Shown one piece after another: positions 1-12,238 of a DNA stretch of 64,000 bases. Positions within the stretch are counted from its first letter, which is position 1. Every line of letters begins with the position of its first letter. The translations under genes were made by a program, and so were the position numbers. The stretch is taken from positions 558,001-622,000 of the forward strand of contig NW_003314330.1 in NCBI RefSeq assembly GCF_000143415.4, read 5' to 3'. Source of the DNA: Selaginella moellendorffii. Taxonomy: Eukaryota > Plantae > Lycopodiophyta. A model generated the notes under the pieces. It was not told the origin of the DNA, searched no databases, and was given only the letters and a program-made list of their open reading frames with translations.

Positions 1-261
1 AAGCAATATAAGGCGTAAATGATAAAGTTCAGTATTAGATGGGGAAACAAAATACATTTGTGAAATAATACTTCATTGATGTCTAATTTGCCAATGATGA
101 GTGCGTTTATTAAATGTATAATGTAGAGGAATTTCAAGATATGTATATTGCCTTGCATTTGGATCATGTCTATTTAATTCAAACCATTTTGTTAACATAG
201 TACCATTTTGAGTAGCTCTTTGAAGTTCAATTAGCTCATTACCTTCGATGAAATAAACATT

Positions 262-2457
262 TTAGAAATTTTCTAGATGAATAGGAAGACGAATTATAGG
301 TGTTGAATGGCCATGCATTTTAAATTGAAAAAGTCTCCATATAGCTTCTGGAGCAAAAACATAACGGGTATTTAAAAAACTTGAAATTTCATCCCAGTTT
401 AAGTTATTATCATGTTGTTGAGTTGCTAAATGGATTTCAATAGTGGCACAGTCATAACCTTTGTAAACATATTGAAATAGATATTTAATACTTTTATAGT
501 TGCACATATTTCAATATTTATATGAGCTTTATATTTTTTACAAAGGTATTTGTTATAAGGTACAACCCAACAGTTATCCATATGACAACCATTTTTAAAA
601 ACTGTACGTCTGTTGTCTGGTCTATAATAATCTAGATATCCATTAACAGAAAATGTTGTTTCATTATTAAATGTTTTTGGAAAACCCTTCGAGCAAGAAT
701 CATTTTCCATGCAAGGACTATTAGGATAAAAAAAGTCCACATGGTCCATGTATCATATATGATGTAACTATTTCAAAGAGTTCAGGCTTGTCATGAGGAT
801 CGGGTAATCCAGCCATGATATATTGATTAATTGCATCACGGTCTCTAATTTTATTTTCATGGGCTAGAATTCCTAGAAAATGACAATGTGGGAGACCTCG
901 TTTTTGGAACTCAATTACATATATATATGCTATACATTTTCCAAATTTATGTCTTTTTGTTATATCTTTCAAAAATTCTTTAAGCTTAATATGGAAAACT
1001 CTAAAAACCAAATCAGGACGGTCTTTAGGGCTTTCATTTGGATGTAGATTTCCTATAATTTCTGGCCATTTAGGGTTGCAAGTGAAAGTAATGAAAATAT
1101 CTGGTTTTGAGTAATGAGCAACAATTGCCATTGCATCTTGATAATTTTGTTGCATTGCTCTGGGGCCACCACCAAAACTTGAAGGTAGTATAACAATTTT
1201 ACCAAGGTTCATATTTTCATTGAAAGCACGATTTGCAATATAATCCATAAGACCAGTATACATTTCTACTCGTAATTGTTTTTGGTGGGTACGATAATAA
1301 TACAGGTTATTACTCTCAACTTTGACATAAGCATCAACAATGTATTGTTGAGTAAGCTTGCCAGCATGTAAGATTTGGTCAAAACCTAATTGTAGTGTGT
1401 CTCTTTTAGATAAACGGTATGCATAATATAGAAGTAATGTAATTCGACGTCTTTGTGTATTCAAAATATTAGTATGCCATCCTTTATCACCAAAAGGAAA
1501 TATCAAAGGATAAACCATAGGATCACAATTAATATCAAGTGTTGAAATCGTTCTAGAAAGATTTGCCGTAGGATGTATACAAATTTCACGTCCATGTGGG
1601 GGTTCTCCATTCTCACTAACAAAAACAACAGCAACTTCATTTGTTTGTGGTATATTATAATGTCGAAGATCAGTTTCTTCATTCCTTAGTAACATATAAA
1701 CACCACGTAAAGGCCGGCCTGTAACTACTACTTCATGAAGTTCTTTTTGTTCCATTTCATACATCATTCTATAAGCCTGTGCATATGGATTAATATGACG
1801 AAGGAGTGTATCAAGATGTAATAATAAATCTCACTCGCAACTTGTATTAAATGGGTTTTGATGCCTTATATCTGTGGCTTCTTGTGTATCTAGCATATAA
1901 AGTTGACCATAAGATGGACTTTGATCGCTAGAAGAATGTGATGACATGACACTATGATAAATCTGTCCATGAATTCTAAAGCAATAAGGACCGTTACCCC
2001 TTAAAGCATCAATGTTAGCACCCATTGATACAAATGCAAGAGCACTATTATAATGTCTAATATTAGTTCGGAAATTAGAGTTTTTGTTTTGCTTATAAAG
2101 CGTAAGTAAAGTATTTGGCAAAGGTAATACAGGTGGCAATATCACTTGACCATGTTGACAACACATAGCAATGTTCTCATCTTTAAAATGTAATGCATTA
2201 CAAAAAACACAAATAGATGATAAAAAACCAATTTCAAAAGTTGAAATTTGTGAATCTTTGTAAATAGTGTGACTTGCTAGTGTGGTTTGTGAAGGTGGAG
2301 ATGGTCTACTGAATATTGCTTGATGTGTATATATTTCATTTTGATCTGAAGTAATTTGAAGTGGCTTAGAGTGTTTATCAAAATTATTTGTATCGAAATT
2401 CTTATCAAAATGATTGGTATTTCTTATAGTTCTAAGAAGATGACAAAGGCGAGGCAT
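262..2457 (-). pseudogene. Helitron Rep (HUH replication initiator) region of RepHel, disrupted
   Basis: Motifs CVFCNALHF..CCQHG, VILPSSFGGGPRAMQQNYQDAMA, PDIFITFTCNPKW, EFQKRGLPHCH (HUH), WVVPYN..HINIEIC and KYLFQYVYKG (Y2). An in-frame TGA at 1831-1833 reads through in frame into ORF 721-1767; frameshifts near 735 and 495. Confidence 0.93.
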
Positions 2458-2977
2458 AATTTAAAATTTCTTAATACAAAGCTAGAGAACTATAGCTTAT
2501 GCAGGTTTGTGTTTGTAAACAAACTCGAATTTGCAAAAGAAATATGAAATAGTATTTACTATGTGGTGGAGGTTAGGGATATAAATAAACATGAACCTAC
2601 TGTGTGCTTGGTTCTGTGTGCTTGTCTAGGATTTTCCAATTACTTGCCAAAGAAGGGTGTGCCACAAACTAAGAAGAAAAACTGACCTTTTGCTGCAAGT
2701 TGTTGTGATTCTTGGTCGTGCCCTCAAGCGCAAAACCTAATTGTGAGATTTAGGGTTATCGTGAGATTTAGCAAAAAAAGTGTGACGGATTGGATCTGGC
2801 GCTTTTGGGCGAGCGGGATTTCTAGGGCATTGCGAGGTGTCGAGGTTTGTCACCGCCCTAGCTACAGCGGTGTCAGGCTTGTCGCCATAGCTCAAGAATC
2901 TGGAGTTTGAGGCCGCGGCTCGAATCGCTGTGCACATAAAGGAGAGTGGACGCACTGCTGCTGGAAAAGACCGATGG

Positions 2978-3750
2978 TGTAACGCATGTGATCATGGGAT
3001 GAGATTTGGATATACTGTCACCATGGATCCTTGGAACCTTAGGGATAAATGGGGATAAAATAGCCACTAAAGGCTCTCTCATCAAACAATTGCCCCTTTT
3101 CCAGTTGGCTTAAGGGGAGAGAGATAAGGTGTGCGGTATCAGAGCAAATGGCACGGGTTTGATTCCCATTGATTAGTGGCTACTTAAAATATAATATACC
3201 CTTGAGCAAGATATATTCTTACCCTTAAATTTGAAATCGTATGTATTAAGCATCCATGCGTACGTCCTTCCTCTTGTGTAGAGTATCCACGGACGAAGGT
3301 ATCCACCGTGGGACTGCGGTACGGGTGGATGACTAGTTGCCTCACATGGAATAGTTGACATCTCTAAAAGAGGGGTGTTAGTCAATAGTCAATGAGGACA
3401 TTGACATCTCTAAAGGGGGGGTGAGTGTAACACATGTGATCATGCTTGGAACCTTGGGGATAAATGGGGATTGTGTAGAGTATCCACGGACGAAGGTATC
3501 CACCGTGGGACTGCAGTACGGGTGGATGACTAGTTGCCTCACATGGAATAGTTGACATCTCTAAAAGAAGGGTGTTAGTCAATAGTCAATGAGGACATTG
3601 ACATCTCTAAAGGGGGGGTGAGTGTAACACATGTGATCATGCTTGGAACCTTGGGGATAAATGGGGATAAAATAGCCACTAAGGGCTCTCTCATCAAGCA
3701 ATTGCCCCTTTTCCAGGTGGCTTAAGGGGAGAGAGATAAGGTGCGCTACA
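2978..3750 (+). mobile_element. TRIM (miniature LTR retrotransposon) with internal tandem duplication
   Basis: TGTAAC...CTACA ends and perfect 5-bp TSD GATGG (2973-2977 / 3751-3755). PBS-like GGTATCAGAGC at ~3136. PPT AAGGGGGGGTGAG precedes LTR copies at 3426 (truncated) and 3623-3750. The empty site is visible in the paralogous sequence at ~7765. Confidence 0.88.
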
Positions 3751-4169
3751 GATGGCTTCTAGTGTGGTAAGAAAAAATTCCATGTAACTGATTCGGGTCA
3801 AGCTTGATACTAAACTGCACCTCCAGGCCCTCGCTGCCGCTGTCGCCTAGGAGTGGGATTTCACTGCCAGCCTCGTCCGTGTGGAGAATCCACAAGGAGC
3901 CGCAAGTGAAGCCAATTCTGCCGGCTCTTAGCTTCAATCATGGCGTCTATAGCAAGTGTAGCTCTTGCTCCGCCCATGTCATCTTCTTCAAGACCAAGTG
4001 CCAGGTACTGCAAGAAAACAGGTAAATCGCCACAGCAATGTAGTTCTACACCAAGTACTCTTCTCCAACTTCCTTATGCTTTAGTTTGATGTCGTAAGTG
4101 TAGGAATGCATTTTAGCTACATTTGGGAATGACGTTTCATTTGCTATATCGTAAAAACCTTTCTAAAAA

Positions 4170-5531
4170 ACATGAGAGTTTGGTGGGATTTCCAGTATTA
4201 TGAGACTTCTTTGCGTTTGTAGATTTTGGATTCTTATTCTGAAGATTCTGAAGAAAACTATACCAAGGCCACTTCCCTTCGCTAAAGGATTTGTTAAATC
4301 ACTTAGGGTAAACTTTTTTTTGTTGCTGTCAATTTGAACTTAGATGCTAATGCTTATAAAATATAGGACTGACGAAACCAGCACTATGGAGTTTTTTTTC
4401 AAATTGAAGAATGGTGAAGCTTATAGAAAGGAAGCATTTGGAAGCAACTGGTATCCATGTCTCCTCATGAACGGTCTCATTTGTAGAGAAAGTTAGGTAT
4501 ACTGTCATTTATCAGATCTTAGGGACATCTCTAATGTGTCACTTGAATGTAGCCACAATTTTCAGTGATGGCAGCTCTTGAGCTTTATAAATAACTTGTG
4601 CTGCATGCAAATAGTTTTTTTTTGATCGAGCAAGTGGATTTTTTCTTGGAATGCAGTGCAGGCACTCTGGTGCGTTGACAACTGGGAGTCCCAAGCGAGG
4701 AGATCACAGGTGACTTTGTTTTTGTGTTCGCCATGGAAGATTTTTATTTTTATTTTTTCTTTCCAGATGCCACATATCTGCTCGAACACATTCATCTCTT
4801 TGGAGATATGACCTCACTCTTTACAAGGTCTTGTGTATTTACAGCAACGAATTTAATCGATTGTTTTTCTCATCTCCAGGGATATAGAGATTGTTTTGGA
4901 GAGGATTGTCTATCCAGTCAGCTCCTGATCAAGGTTATGATTTTTATGACCAGGCTTTTCAGTTCGCCCAAACTTTTGATTTATGTCCAGGCTATGGCTG
5001 ATGTTTGTGAGATTGGAAATACGGTATCTGGAGAATTGAGGAGCCCTGAGGAAGAAATTCAAGACTCTAGGCTGAATTACACAAAGGACGAAGAGCTCGA
5101 GCAGCTAATACATGGAAATGTCTGCATGGTCCATTATCCTGGTGAAGGTATTTCGAAATTTGCTCAGTGGTTAGTTTTTTCATAAGTTGTGATACAGGTA
5201 GCAAAGACTGTAGAACCAGCAGAAGGGTCGTTCTTTCTGGTGATTTTAATCCATTGCATGAAGGTCATCTTACACTGATGAGCACAGCATGCACGTAAGT
5301 TTCTTGAAAAAAAATGTTTTTGTTGGTCTAATGCAAGTTACAGCCTTGTGCAAGGCGGCAATCCAGGAAGCTCTGGACGTGGTGGACGATGCCTTTCAAG
5401 CCCAGCTTCGTGACATGGATGACGTTGCTGGCCTACTGCAACAAGTGGAGCAATGCAGCGATTGGGAAGCTCACATTCTAGAGAGTCTTGCAAGAGACTT
5501 TGAGGTTGTAATAATACAATGGATCCCATAA
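4170..5531 (+). other. Multi-exon gene remnant of unknown function inside the Helitron
   Basis: Short ORFs (4724-5185, 5289-5531) with intron-like pyrimidine tracts/AG and GT sites; no family recognised. Confidence 0.3.
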
Positions 5532-5642
5532 ACAACTATGCAGCAAGCTTATAGACAATACATTGTACAAATAGAAAATAAAAGCACACAGGAACAGGAA
5601 ATGAAAGCACACTGGAACAGGAAATAAAAGTGCACAGTACTC

Positions 5643-6784
5643 TAATCAGCCTTGAATGCAATAACTTTTGGTGAGCTTTGATCGGCACCAGTCGAAAATA
5701 AGAAGTGGCCTATTGGTGGCTTCTTTGTCTCCAAAAGTTTGATTGCCTCAAGCATTCAAGTAGAAGTGAACATTCTTAGAAACTGGCCAAGAGTGAAACC
5801 ATATGCTTGGTCTATATAAGTGTCCTCCATGCAAACATCTTGGGGGTGACCAGTATCTAGATAGAATTTGCCATGGACCCGCAAAGTTTGAAAAAACGTT
5901 CGTTCGTTCTTGCAATGGTGGCACCAACCAATATCTCGTGTTTGTTTCTCGACCCTAAACTTTTTGCAAACATGGCAGCCGCAACAAACAGAGATTGCTT
6001 GAGGTTTTCAGGGATGAAATAGCCATGCACCTATTGACAAAACATGTGTTTTGAATGGCTGGTATAAATCAAGAGAGACGTACCCCAAAGAAGTTCTTTC
6101 CGTATATGAATGAGACAGAGTGCAACTGCTTCTATATATGGTCCCAAGGCGTATCGTCAGGAATTTTCAAGACAATAGTCAAGGGTGCAATCCTAAACAC
6201 ATTTTTATCTTTAGTTCCTTGTAGATTGTAAAAAATATGACTTGGCATGTCCCCAGCAAACCATGATGATTTGAGCTCATGATAGATATGGTCCATATCA
6301 CCTAGCACATGCACCTATGTTTGAAGTTCACCAAAAAATCCAGTCAGAATATTACAAATACCTTATAGGTGATTTCAGCTTCAAGATCATCAGCAATGAA
6401 TATGATGTTTGTAGTGTTAGGTGTTTGATCTACACTAGTGATTGCCTCAGCAACCGTTGAAAAAGTATAAGCAGAAGCATCCACTGCAAACTTACTTAGT
6501 GGAACAATGTCTGATGGTCTGACAAAATCAAGCATTGGAGGAGCCTTCTCTAGCCATGCTCGAACATGTGTGGCCATAGAAATATCTACTGAGAGACGAT
6601 GGAGCCCCAAATGATATTTTAGATTTTTAGCTCTGACTTTGTAGTGTTGAATACACAGCCAGTTAGATGGCTTGAAAAGGTGGCTGTATTTATCAACAGC
6701 GTTGGCTGCCATTGAAGCTGTCGCAAGGTGCATACCGTAGTTGTCAGTGAAATCGATATTAAGGAACCTTGATGTTGATGCCAT
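5643..6784 (-). pseudogene. RPA70-like OB-fold ssDNA-binding gene of the Helitron
   Basis: ORF 6344-6784 (FLNIDFTDNYG..VDKYSHLFKPSNWLCIQHYKV) resembles OB-fold 1. Downstream minus strand gives CHVCKK...WCHHC, like the RPA1 C-terminal Zn finger. RPA-like genes are typical plant Helitron cargo. Confidence 0.65.
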
Positions 6785-7629
6785 GCTTGTTGAGTGGATC
6801 TCATGTTGGAAATCATAACTGCCGTACCGAGATAATACATATATAAGAAGCGGCTCACTACCTGAATAGAGCTGTAGATCCGCAATATGAACATATGCAT
6901 ATTGTGTTTCCTTAGAAGAAGCAATCAGATTCTATATGCCAGGGTCTAGAATGCTATATAATTTGCACTTAGCTAAAAAAGCCCGTTACAAACCCATAAC
7001 TAAAAAAAAAATTCTAAAATTGAGTAGTACCTCCTATAATCCCACAGGGCACTTGGCTGGAAGTTTGTGTCTGAGCACCTGGATCAGGCCACAGAGAAGG
7101 TTTATAAAGCAAAAAAGCCAAGTGCTAGTACCTGCTAAAATAGCAAAGGGACTTTGGAAATGTAACGGCTGTAATGGCTGTTTGAAGTCTTCTTGTACAC
7201 TTATTTGTCAAGCTGTAAAGCACTATATTGGAATAGACTAAGTACCTGAAGCACTAAGCTCTGTAAGGTGCTCAGATCCTGGAAAGAAAAGTGATTAAAT
7301 TCTGGTTTATCAAGATAAACACAAACCTGTTCACTGTTCTCTCCACCCATTTCTACATCACCTAGAACTTGTTGCTGCTGTGAAGAAACATCATCTGGCG
7401 ATGGCTGGTAATTGTAATCTACATGATCTTGAGACCCCACATCAGAATCACTAGCTGCCGCTGCCATCAGAGAGGGCAATCCTGAATGAAGCAATTGATT
7501 AACTTTGGGTTAATCACAACCGTTGGCCCAAAGGCCTGCTTAATTATTGCCACGTCATTAGGCACATGCAAAACTCACAATAACTATTTCGCTCGATGAA
7601 GGCGTCCAAAATATATTCCAGCTTCTTAT

Positions 7630-7770
7630 CTTCAGTGGGAGCATCAGTAGATGATGACAATGAGAGGCAGATGATCGTCGTGGATGGCTGGCTGGAGTTT
7701 GAGGCCGCAGCTCGAATTGCTGTGCACATCAAGGAGAGTGGACGCACTGCTGCTGGAAAAGACCGATGGC
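7630..7770 (+). pseudogene. Captured fragment resembling the C-terminal region of a DExH-box RNA helicase
   Basis: GASVDDDNERQMIVVDGWLEFEAAARIAVHIKE resembles the 'DGW.xF.A....AVL.KELR' segment of DHX57/DHX36-like helicases; partial second copy at ~2899-2977. Confidence 0.5.
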
Positions 7771-7774
7771 TTCT

Positions 7775-8584
7775 AGAAAAAGTTCCATATAACTGATTTG
7801 GGTCAGGCTTGATACTAAACTGTACTCCCAAGAATTCTTTGATGGTCGGGAACAGCAACCCCTGTATGGCAAACAGGAAAGTTTGTGAGATCGCCTTCTC
7901 TCCTTTCCAGCTTCACAGATAAATACTTGGTGAGTTGAATTGACAACTCCTCCCAGCTTTATCTCCTGTAGCAAGGACATGGCTGCTTGCGTCCCCAGGT
8001 CCTCTGGAAGCTGGAGCTTGGATGCTCCTGAATGCGTAGCCGCGCACTCGGAGCTTAAAATGCAGCCAGTGGTCGTTTCTGCCACCAATGAGATCCCATA
8101 TCCCGGAGATCTGTGCCATGACAAAGGAAGCAAGATGAAAAAAGTTTACTTTGCAGCACAAAATCATGGAACTTACTTCCCGGACTCCGAACCAGTGTAG
8201 TGATCAGTAAAGATGTACATGTCAGGGAGCAAGCGATTTAGCATGCCACATTCGATTGGCCATATGAGGTGAGACGCATGTGGAGTAACTCACTCCTCAA
8301 ATACGTTTCACCACACCCATGTAGCAGCCTGGCGAAGGATTCTTAGCGAGGAGAGAAAGAAAAGAAGAGGAGTTTGGAGAAATTGACCATGAGGCTCTTG
8401 GGGACAATGGGAACTTTGAGGACGACTTCCTGCCACCCAAGGGAGGAGCTCCGCGGGCAACAACCTTGAGTTCTAGGCCTTTGATTGGAACACCAAAGTG
8501 CTTAAGCATTGGCAGTGTTGCTGTGCCAAAGGTGTCGACGCAGGGATCCCTGCTGTCATTCGTAATGCCTGTCAAAGGCCACAA
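7775..8584 (-). pseudogene. RCL1: Captured RNA 3'-terminal phosphate cyclase-like (RCL1) gene fragments with introns
   Basis: LTGITNDSRDPCVDTF..LKHFGVP..LELKVVARGAPPLGG, SPGYGISLVAETTTGC, LPEDLG..LLQEIKLGGVVNSTHQ and IKEFLGVQFSIKPDP; stops and frameshifts present. Confidence 0.85.
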
Positions 8585-8593
8585 AGAATCCTT

Positions 8594-8830
8594 CTAGGAG
8601 CAAAATCTTGCTACTATTGCTGTCCAGGCCACCACATCTTTCTTCTTCATCCCTTGGAACACACGGATCGCGCCTCGCAAGCTGCCACACGCGGCATACA
8701 TGTCAATCACCGCAGTAGACACGATCAAGCTCGAATCCCAGCCAGCAGCAACCATTTGGGAGTGGATTTGCTTACCCATCGGAAGAAATCGTGATCCACA
8801 GCATGCTCCAAGGGCTGTGACCTACTTGAT
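8594..8830 (-). pseudogene. Captured PLS-class pentatricopeptide repeat gene fragment
   Basis: GKQIHSQMVAAGWDSSLIVSTAVIDMYAACGSLRGAIRVFQGMKKKDVVAWTAIV is a canonical PLS-PPR stretch; truncated and abutting the RCL1 fragment. Confidence 0.85.
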
Positions 8831-9447
8831 CCTGCCCGGAGTGACACCCTGGAGCAGCAATCTCCGGTCAACACTTTGCATGTGCCACGCGTCACTGTGC
8901 CTTCCTCTCCCGCCCCACATGACTTGGCCACCTCCCATTGGCCGGGAGCAAACATCAACGCGATTATTCACTAAGACATGGTTAAAGAAATAACCCCTTT
9001 ACAGTTACCCCCCATCGGACGGCTGCGATTGGCTGGATCCGGCGGCCCAGAAAGTTTGGCAACTCCTTATTGTGATAGATTAAGGTTTTTAGGCTAATTG
9101 TTCTATATTCTCTTTCCCTCATATATTTATAAATTATAAACATGTTTATAATATAAACTGGAATAACATTACTATTAAATAAACTAAACATTGTTACATG
9201 CAACACTTAGCAAAATTATTTTCTTTTATTATTTAGGATTAATAAAGATAAATAAAAAAATTAGTTAATTTCAAGAATTCACTAAAAGGGTAAATGCAAG
9301 AATTTTCTCAAATTAGGCTTGCTTTGAGGTAACAAACTCCGCAGAGCTAAGATAATGGTCTGATCAATCAGGAAGAAGAAATCACGTTACCTGAGAGATT
9401 CGAACGCCCCCAGTAACGAGCCGTAAGTTTTAGGGTTTCAAGCTCAA

Positions 9448-10384
9448 ATGGCTGGGTATGGAGGAGGGCGGGATTATGGCTACTACGGCTACACTGCCCA
9501 TGCCACATCGAGCTGGTCGGGGTTGAGCGCCGCATTCTTCTCCTCAATCTCGGCATTCACTGGAATCTTTCTCATTCTCTCCTTCTTGTCACTCGGAATA
9601 GGTGAGGAGTCGCTCTCGCAGCTCACTTTTCTTTCTCACGAAGCTATTCAGCCGCCGGATTGTTCTACCTTGCGGAGGTTGCGGAAGAACACACGCAGCT
9701 AACAAGAAAGATCATCGGCATCTCGATTAAGGTGAGACGAATTCGAGCTAGAGAAACACTGAAGATTGCTGTTTGTTTCAGGGAATTCTAGCTATCTACG
9801 TTCTACTCTTTGTTGTGGATGGCCTCCCGTTTTTTTGCGTTCTTTCTGGAATTGGAGCTCACGTACTATACCTTCAGCTTCTAAAGACGTATCCGATTGT
9901 TGATCCAACTTCAAATATTTTTCTCGGGAGCTCGGGTGAGCCGCGTCATGCTCAGAAAGCTCGTTGCTCAAACAACTTTGTTTTCGTGTATGTTTTCCAG
10001 GTGCTGGCGCTCTAAGTGTAATAATGTGGAGTCGGTTTTTCCTGCAACATCCACGATGTGCATATGTTACTCTCGGCTGGGCGATCGGTTTCATGGCCGT
10101 CACCGTCTTTTTTGTGCCGTTTCTCTTTCTCATCTCCCTGACGACTTCTTCGCAATCGTTGCCTCACGTATCAAGCTCCAGTGGTGCGTATCCTTACTTC
10201 TCTTAGCTTGCACGGTGCAAGGTTAATGTTTTCTTTTCTTTTTTTTTCTCCAGATTCTCAAGCGTCCTCATCAGGCTTCCTTGGAAAGAAAAGAACCACC
10301 GCTGTTTCGTCGTTATTTAGATTTCTGACTGATAGACGAGATCAGGTGCTACCAACGGCCTTACCTCGGCCGAGACAGGCTTAA
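9448..10384 (+). CDS. TEX261/Svp26 (Erv26)-like ER-Golgi cargo adaptor membrane protein, ~5 exons
   Basis: Spliced reading ..FLILSFLSLGI|AAGLFYLAEVAEEHTQLTRKII..|GILAIYVLLFVVDGLPF..LLKTYP..|VPFLFLISLT..LP matches TEX261-family motifs; GT-AG introns; telo-box upstream at ~9431. Confidence 0.8.
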
Positions 10385-10867
10385 GCAACAAAAGACTGCA
10401 GTGTACAGATACTGTAACTCTCTCGTTTTTTTCCTTTCACAGATCATTTGTGTTTTTGTGTGTTCTTTTCGAGGAAGACAAAGGTTGCAAGTTCTATTCT
10501 TAATTCGAAAGCGACTGTTGGAAGCTCGGTATTTGCCATGGTTTCGGCGAGCATTCATTGTCCCGTATAGCGGTGACCACTAGTCTACTAACTTTTCTTT
10601 TCTTTCAGCTCAGCTAGCTATCAGCTGGTTGGTCTAAGAGGTTTTTCAATCCAGGGTCCCAGAACACATTGATTCTCAGTTTGAAGTTTTCAGCTAAGCA
10701 GCCTCACACGCGGTGTTTGGCTTGGAGAGTTATGACCCTGAAGACTTCGTGCTGTAAGTCTTTAAATTCAATGCTGCTGCGCTACTAATATCTCTGTAGG
10801 TTCATGGCTTTCTCGACGACACCAGAGATATGTTTGTGCTCTCCTCCAAGCTAAACAGGCAGCAGCG

Positions 10868-12091
10868 ATGGTGGCGGTAAGCTCTTTCTTTTTCGGGGTT
10901 CTTACGTGTAGTATCGGAGCCGCAGAAGCTCAGCAGCAGGCTAGAAAGCACGGGCCTGGTAGTAACTCTACGCAAGTTCCCAATGGTGACAAGGATGGCC
11001 TCCCGGCAGCCAGCATTGCTGCCGGAGTGCTGTCCCTGATCGTTGTGGGAGGTCTCTTACTGGTGGCAGCTCTAATCTTCATAAAGCAGCGCTTTCTCGA
11101 TCCAAGAGCCAAGGCTTCGACGACAGCAGCTTCGATCATCTCTGCAGCAGGATCACCTCAGCTTGTCCAGTTTTCCTTCAAAGCCATCGTTGCCACCACC
11201 CGGAACTTCAGCGACAAGATCGGAGCTGGAATTCTCGGCTCCGTCTACAAAGGAGTTTTTCCGGACAGCGAGACGGTGGTCGCCGTGAAGAAGCTCGAGA
11301 TAAACACAAGCGACAGGGACTTCCGCAACTGCGTCTCCGAGATCGGTTTCTTGTCTCACGACAGCCTCGTCCAGCTCCACGGCTTCTGTGCGGACTGTGG
11401 CCCCGACAACAAAATGCTCGTCTACGAGTTTCTTTCAAATGGTTCGCTGGACAAGTTGCTCTTCGAAGACTCGGAGGACAACCGGCTCGACTGGAAGTTC
11501 CGGTTTGACACAGCTCTCTCAGTCGCTCGGGGCGTCGCATATCTCCACCAGCAGCAGGTTCCAGTGATCCACGGCAATCTCAAAACAGAAAACATCCTCC
11601 TGGACAAGAACTTCCAGCCGAAAATCTCCGACACCGGCCTGGGCTTGCTCGTCGACAGGAGAAAAATCAAGACGGCTCTGAGCAGCGGCCGAGTTCACGG
11701 ATACTTCTCCCCAGAGTGGATTGCCGACTCGCCTCTCACGACCAAGACCGACGTCTACGGCTTTGGGATGATCCTTCTCGAGATAATTGGTGGCCGGAGG
11801 ATCCTCGACTTGAGCCAGAAGTCGGAGCAGTGGAACTTCGTGGACTGGGTTTCCAAGCAGGTAAAAGCCGGCAACTACGTCGGGGTCGCGGATCCCCGGC
11901 TGAGTAGCATCGATCTCGAGCAGCTCCGGAGAGGGATTGACGTTGCGGTGTGGTGCATCCAAGACGACGCAAAGTCGAGGCCGTCCATGGCTAAAGTTGT
12001 CGAGGAGCTGGAGAAAGTTTTGGTGATTGAGGCTACTCCTGCGAGAAAGAAGAGGTCCTACGGGCAGCTGCAAGAGATAGAAGCATCGTGA
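10868..12091 (+). CDS. Intronless receptor-like kinase (S-domain/SD2-type kinase domain) with minimal ectodomain; probable pseudokinase
   Basis: 407 aa: signal peptide, ~25 aa ectodomain, TM, then kinase with GAGILG, VAVKKL and LVYEFL. Catalytic HRD reads HGN, DFG reads DTG, APE reads SPE. Confidence 0.88.
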   Translation: MVAVSSFFFGVLTCSIGAAEAQQQARKHGPGSNSTQVPNGDKDGLPAASIAAGVLSLIVVGGLLLVAALIFIKQRFLDPRAKASTTAASIISAAGSPQLVQFSFKAIVATTRNFSDKIGAGILGSVYKGVFPDSETVVAVKKLEINTSDRDFRNCVSEIGFLSHDSLVQLHGFCADCGPDNKMLVYEFLSNGSLDKLLFEDSEDNRLDWKFRFDTALSVARGVAYLHQQQVPVIHGNLKTENILLDKNFQPKISDTGLGLLVDRRKIKTALSSGRVHGYFSPEWIADSPLTTKTDVYGFGMILLEIIGGRRILDLSQKSEQWNFVDWVSKQVKAGNYVGVADPRLSSIDLEQLRRGIDVAVWCIQDDAKSRPSMAKVVEELEKVLVIEATPARKKRSYGQLQEIEAS

Positions 12092-12238
12092 AAAAACGAT
12101 GCGAAGAGAAAGAATGTTTCTTTGCTTTCCTTTGTGGTGTTTCTTTCTACATGAAGATATAAATCAGCCATCGTTTTTCTTGCTCTTGTCCATGAAAGTG
12201 TAAATGAATGAATGGAGAGAGACTCGTCTTTGTTCTCG

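Larger units (their letters stand above)
1..9085 (-). mobile_element. Degenerate Helitron carrying Rep/helicase, an RPA-like gene and captured host gene fragments; continues beyond the left edge of the window
   Basis: Rep ORFs at 262-2457, OB-fold/Zn-finger gene at 5643-6784 and host fragments at 7630-8830, all in one non-genic block. Right boundary inferred from a ~120 bp motif (8962-9085) that recurs at 41817-41937. Confidence 0.7.
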
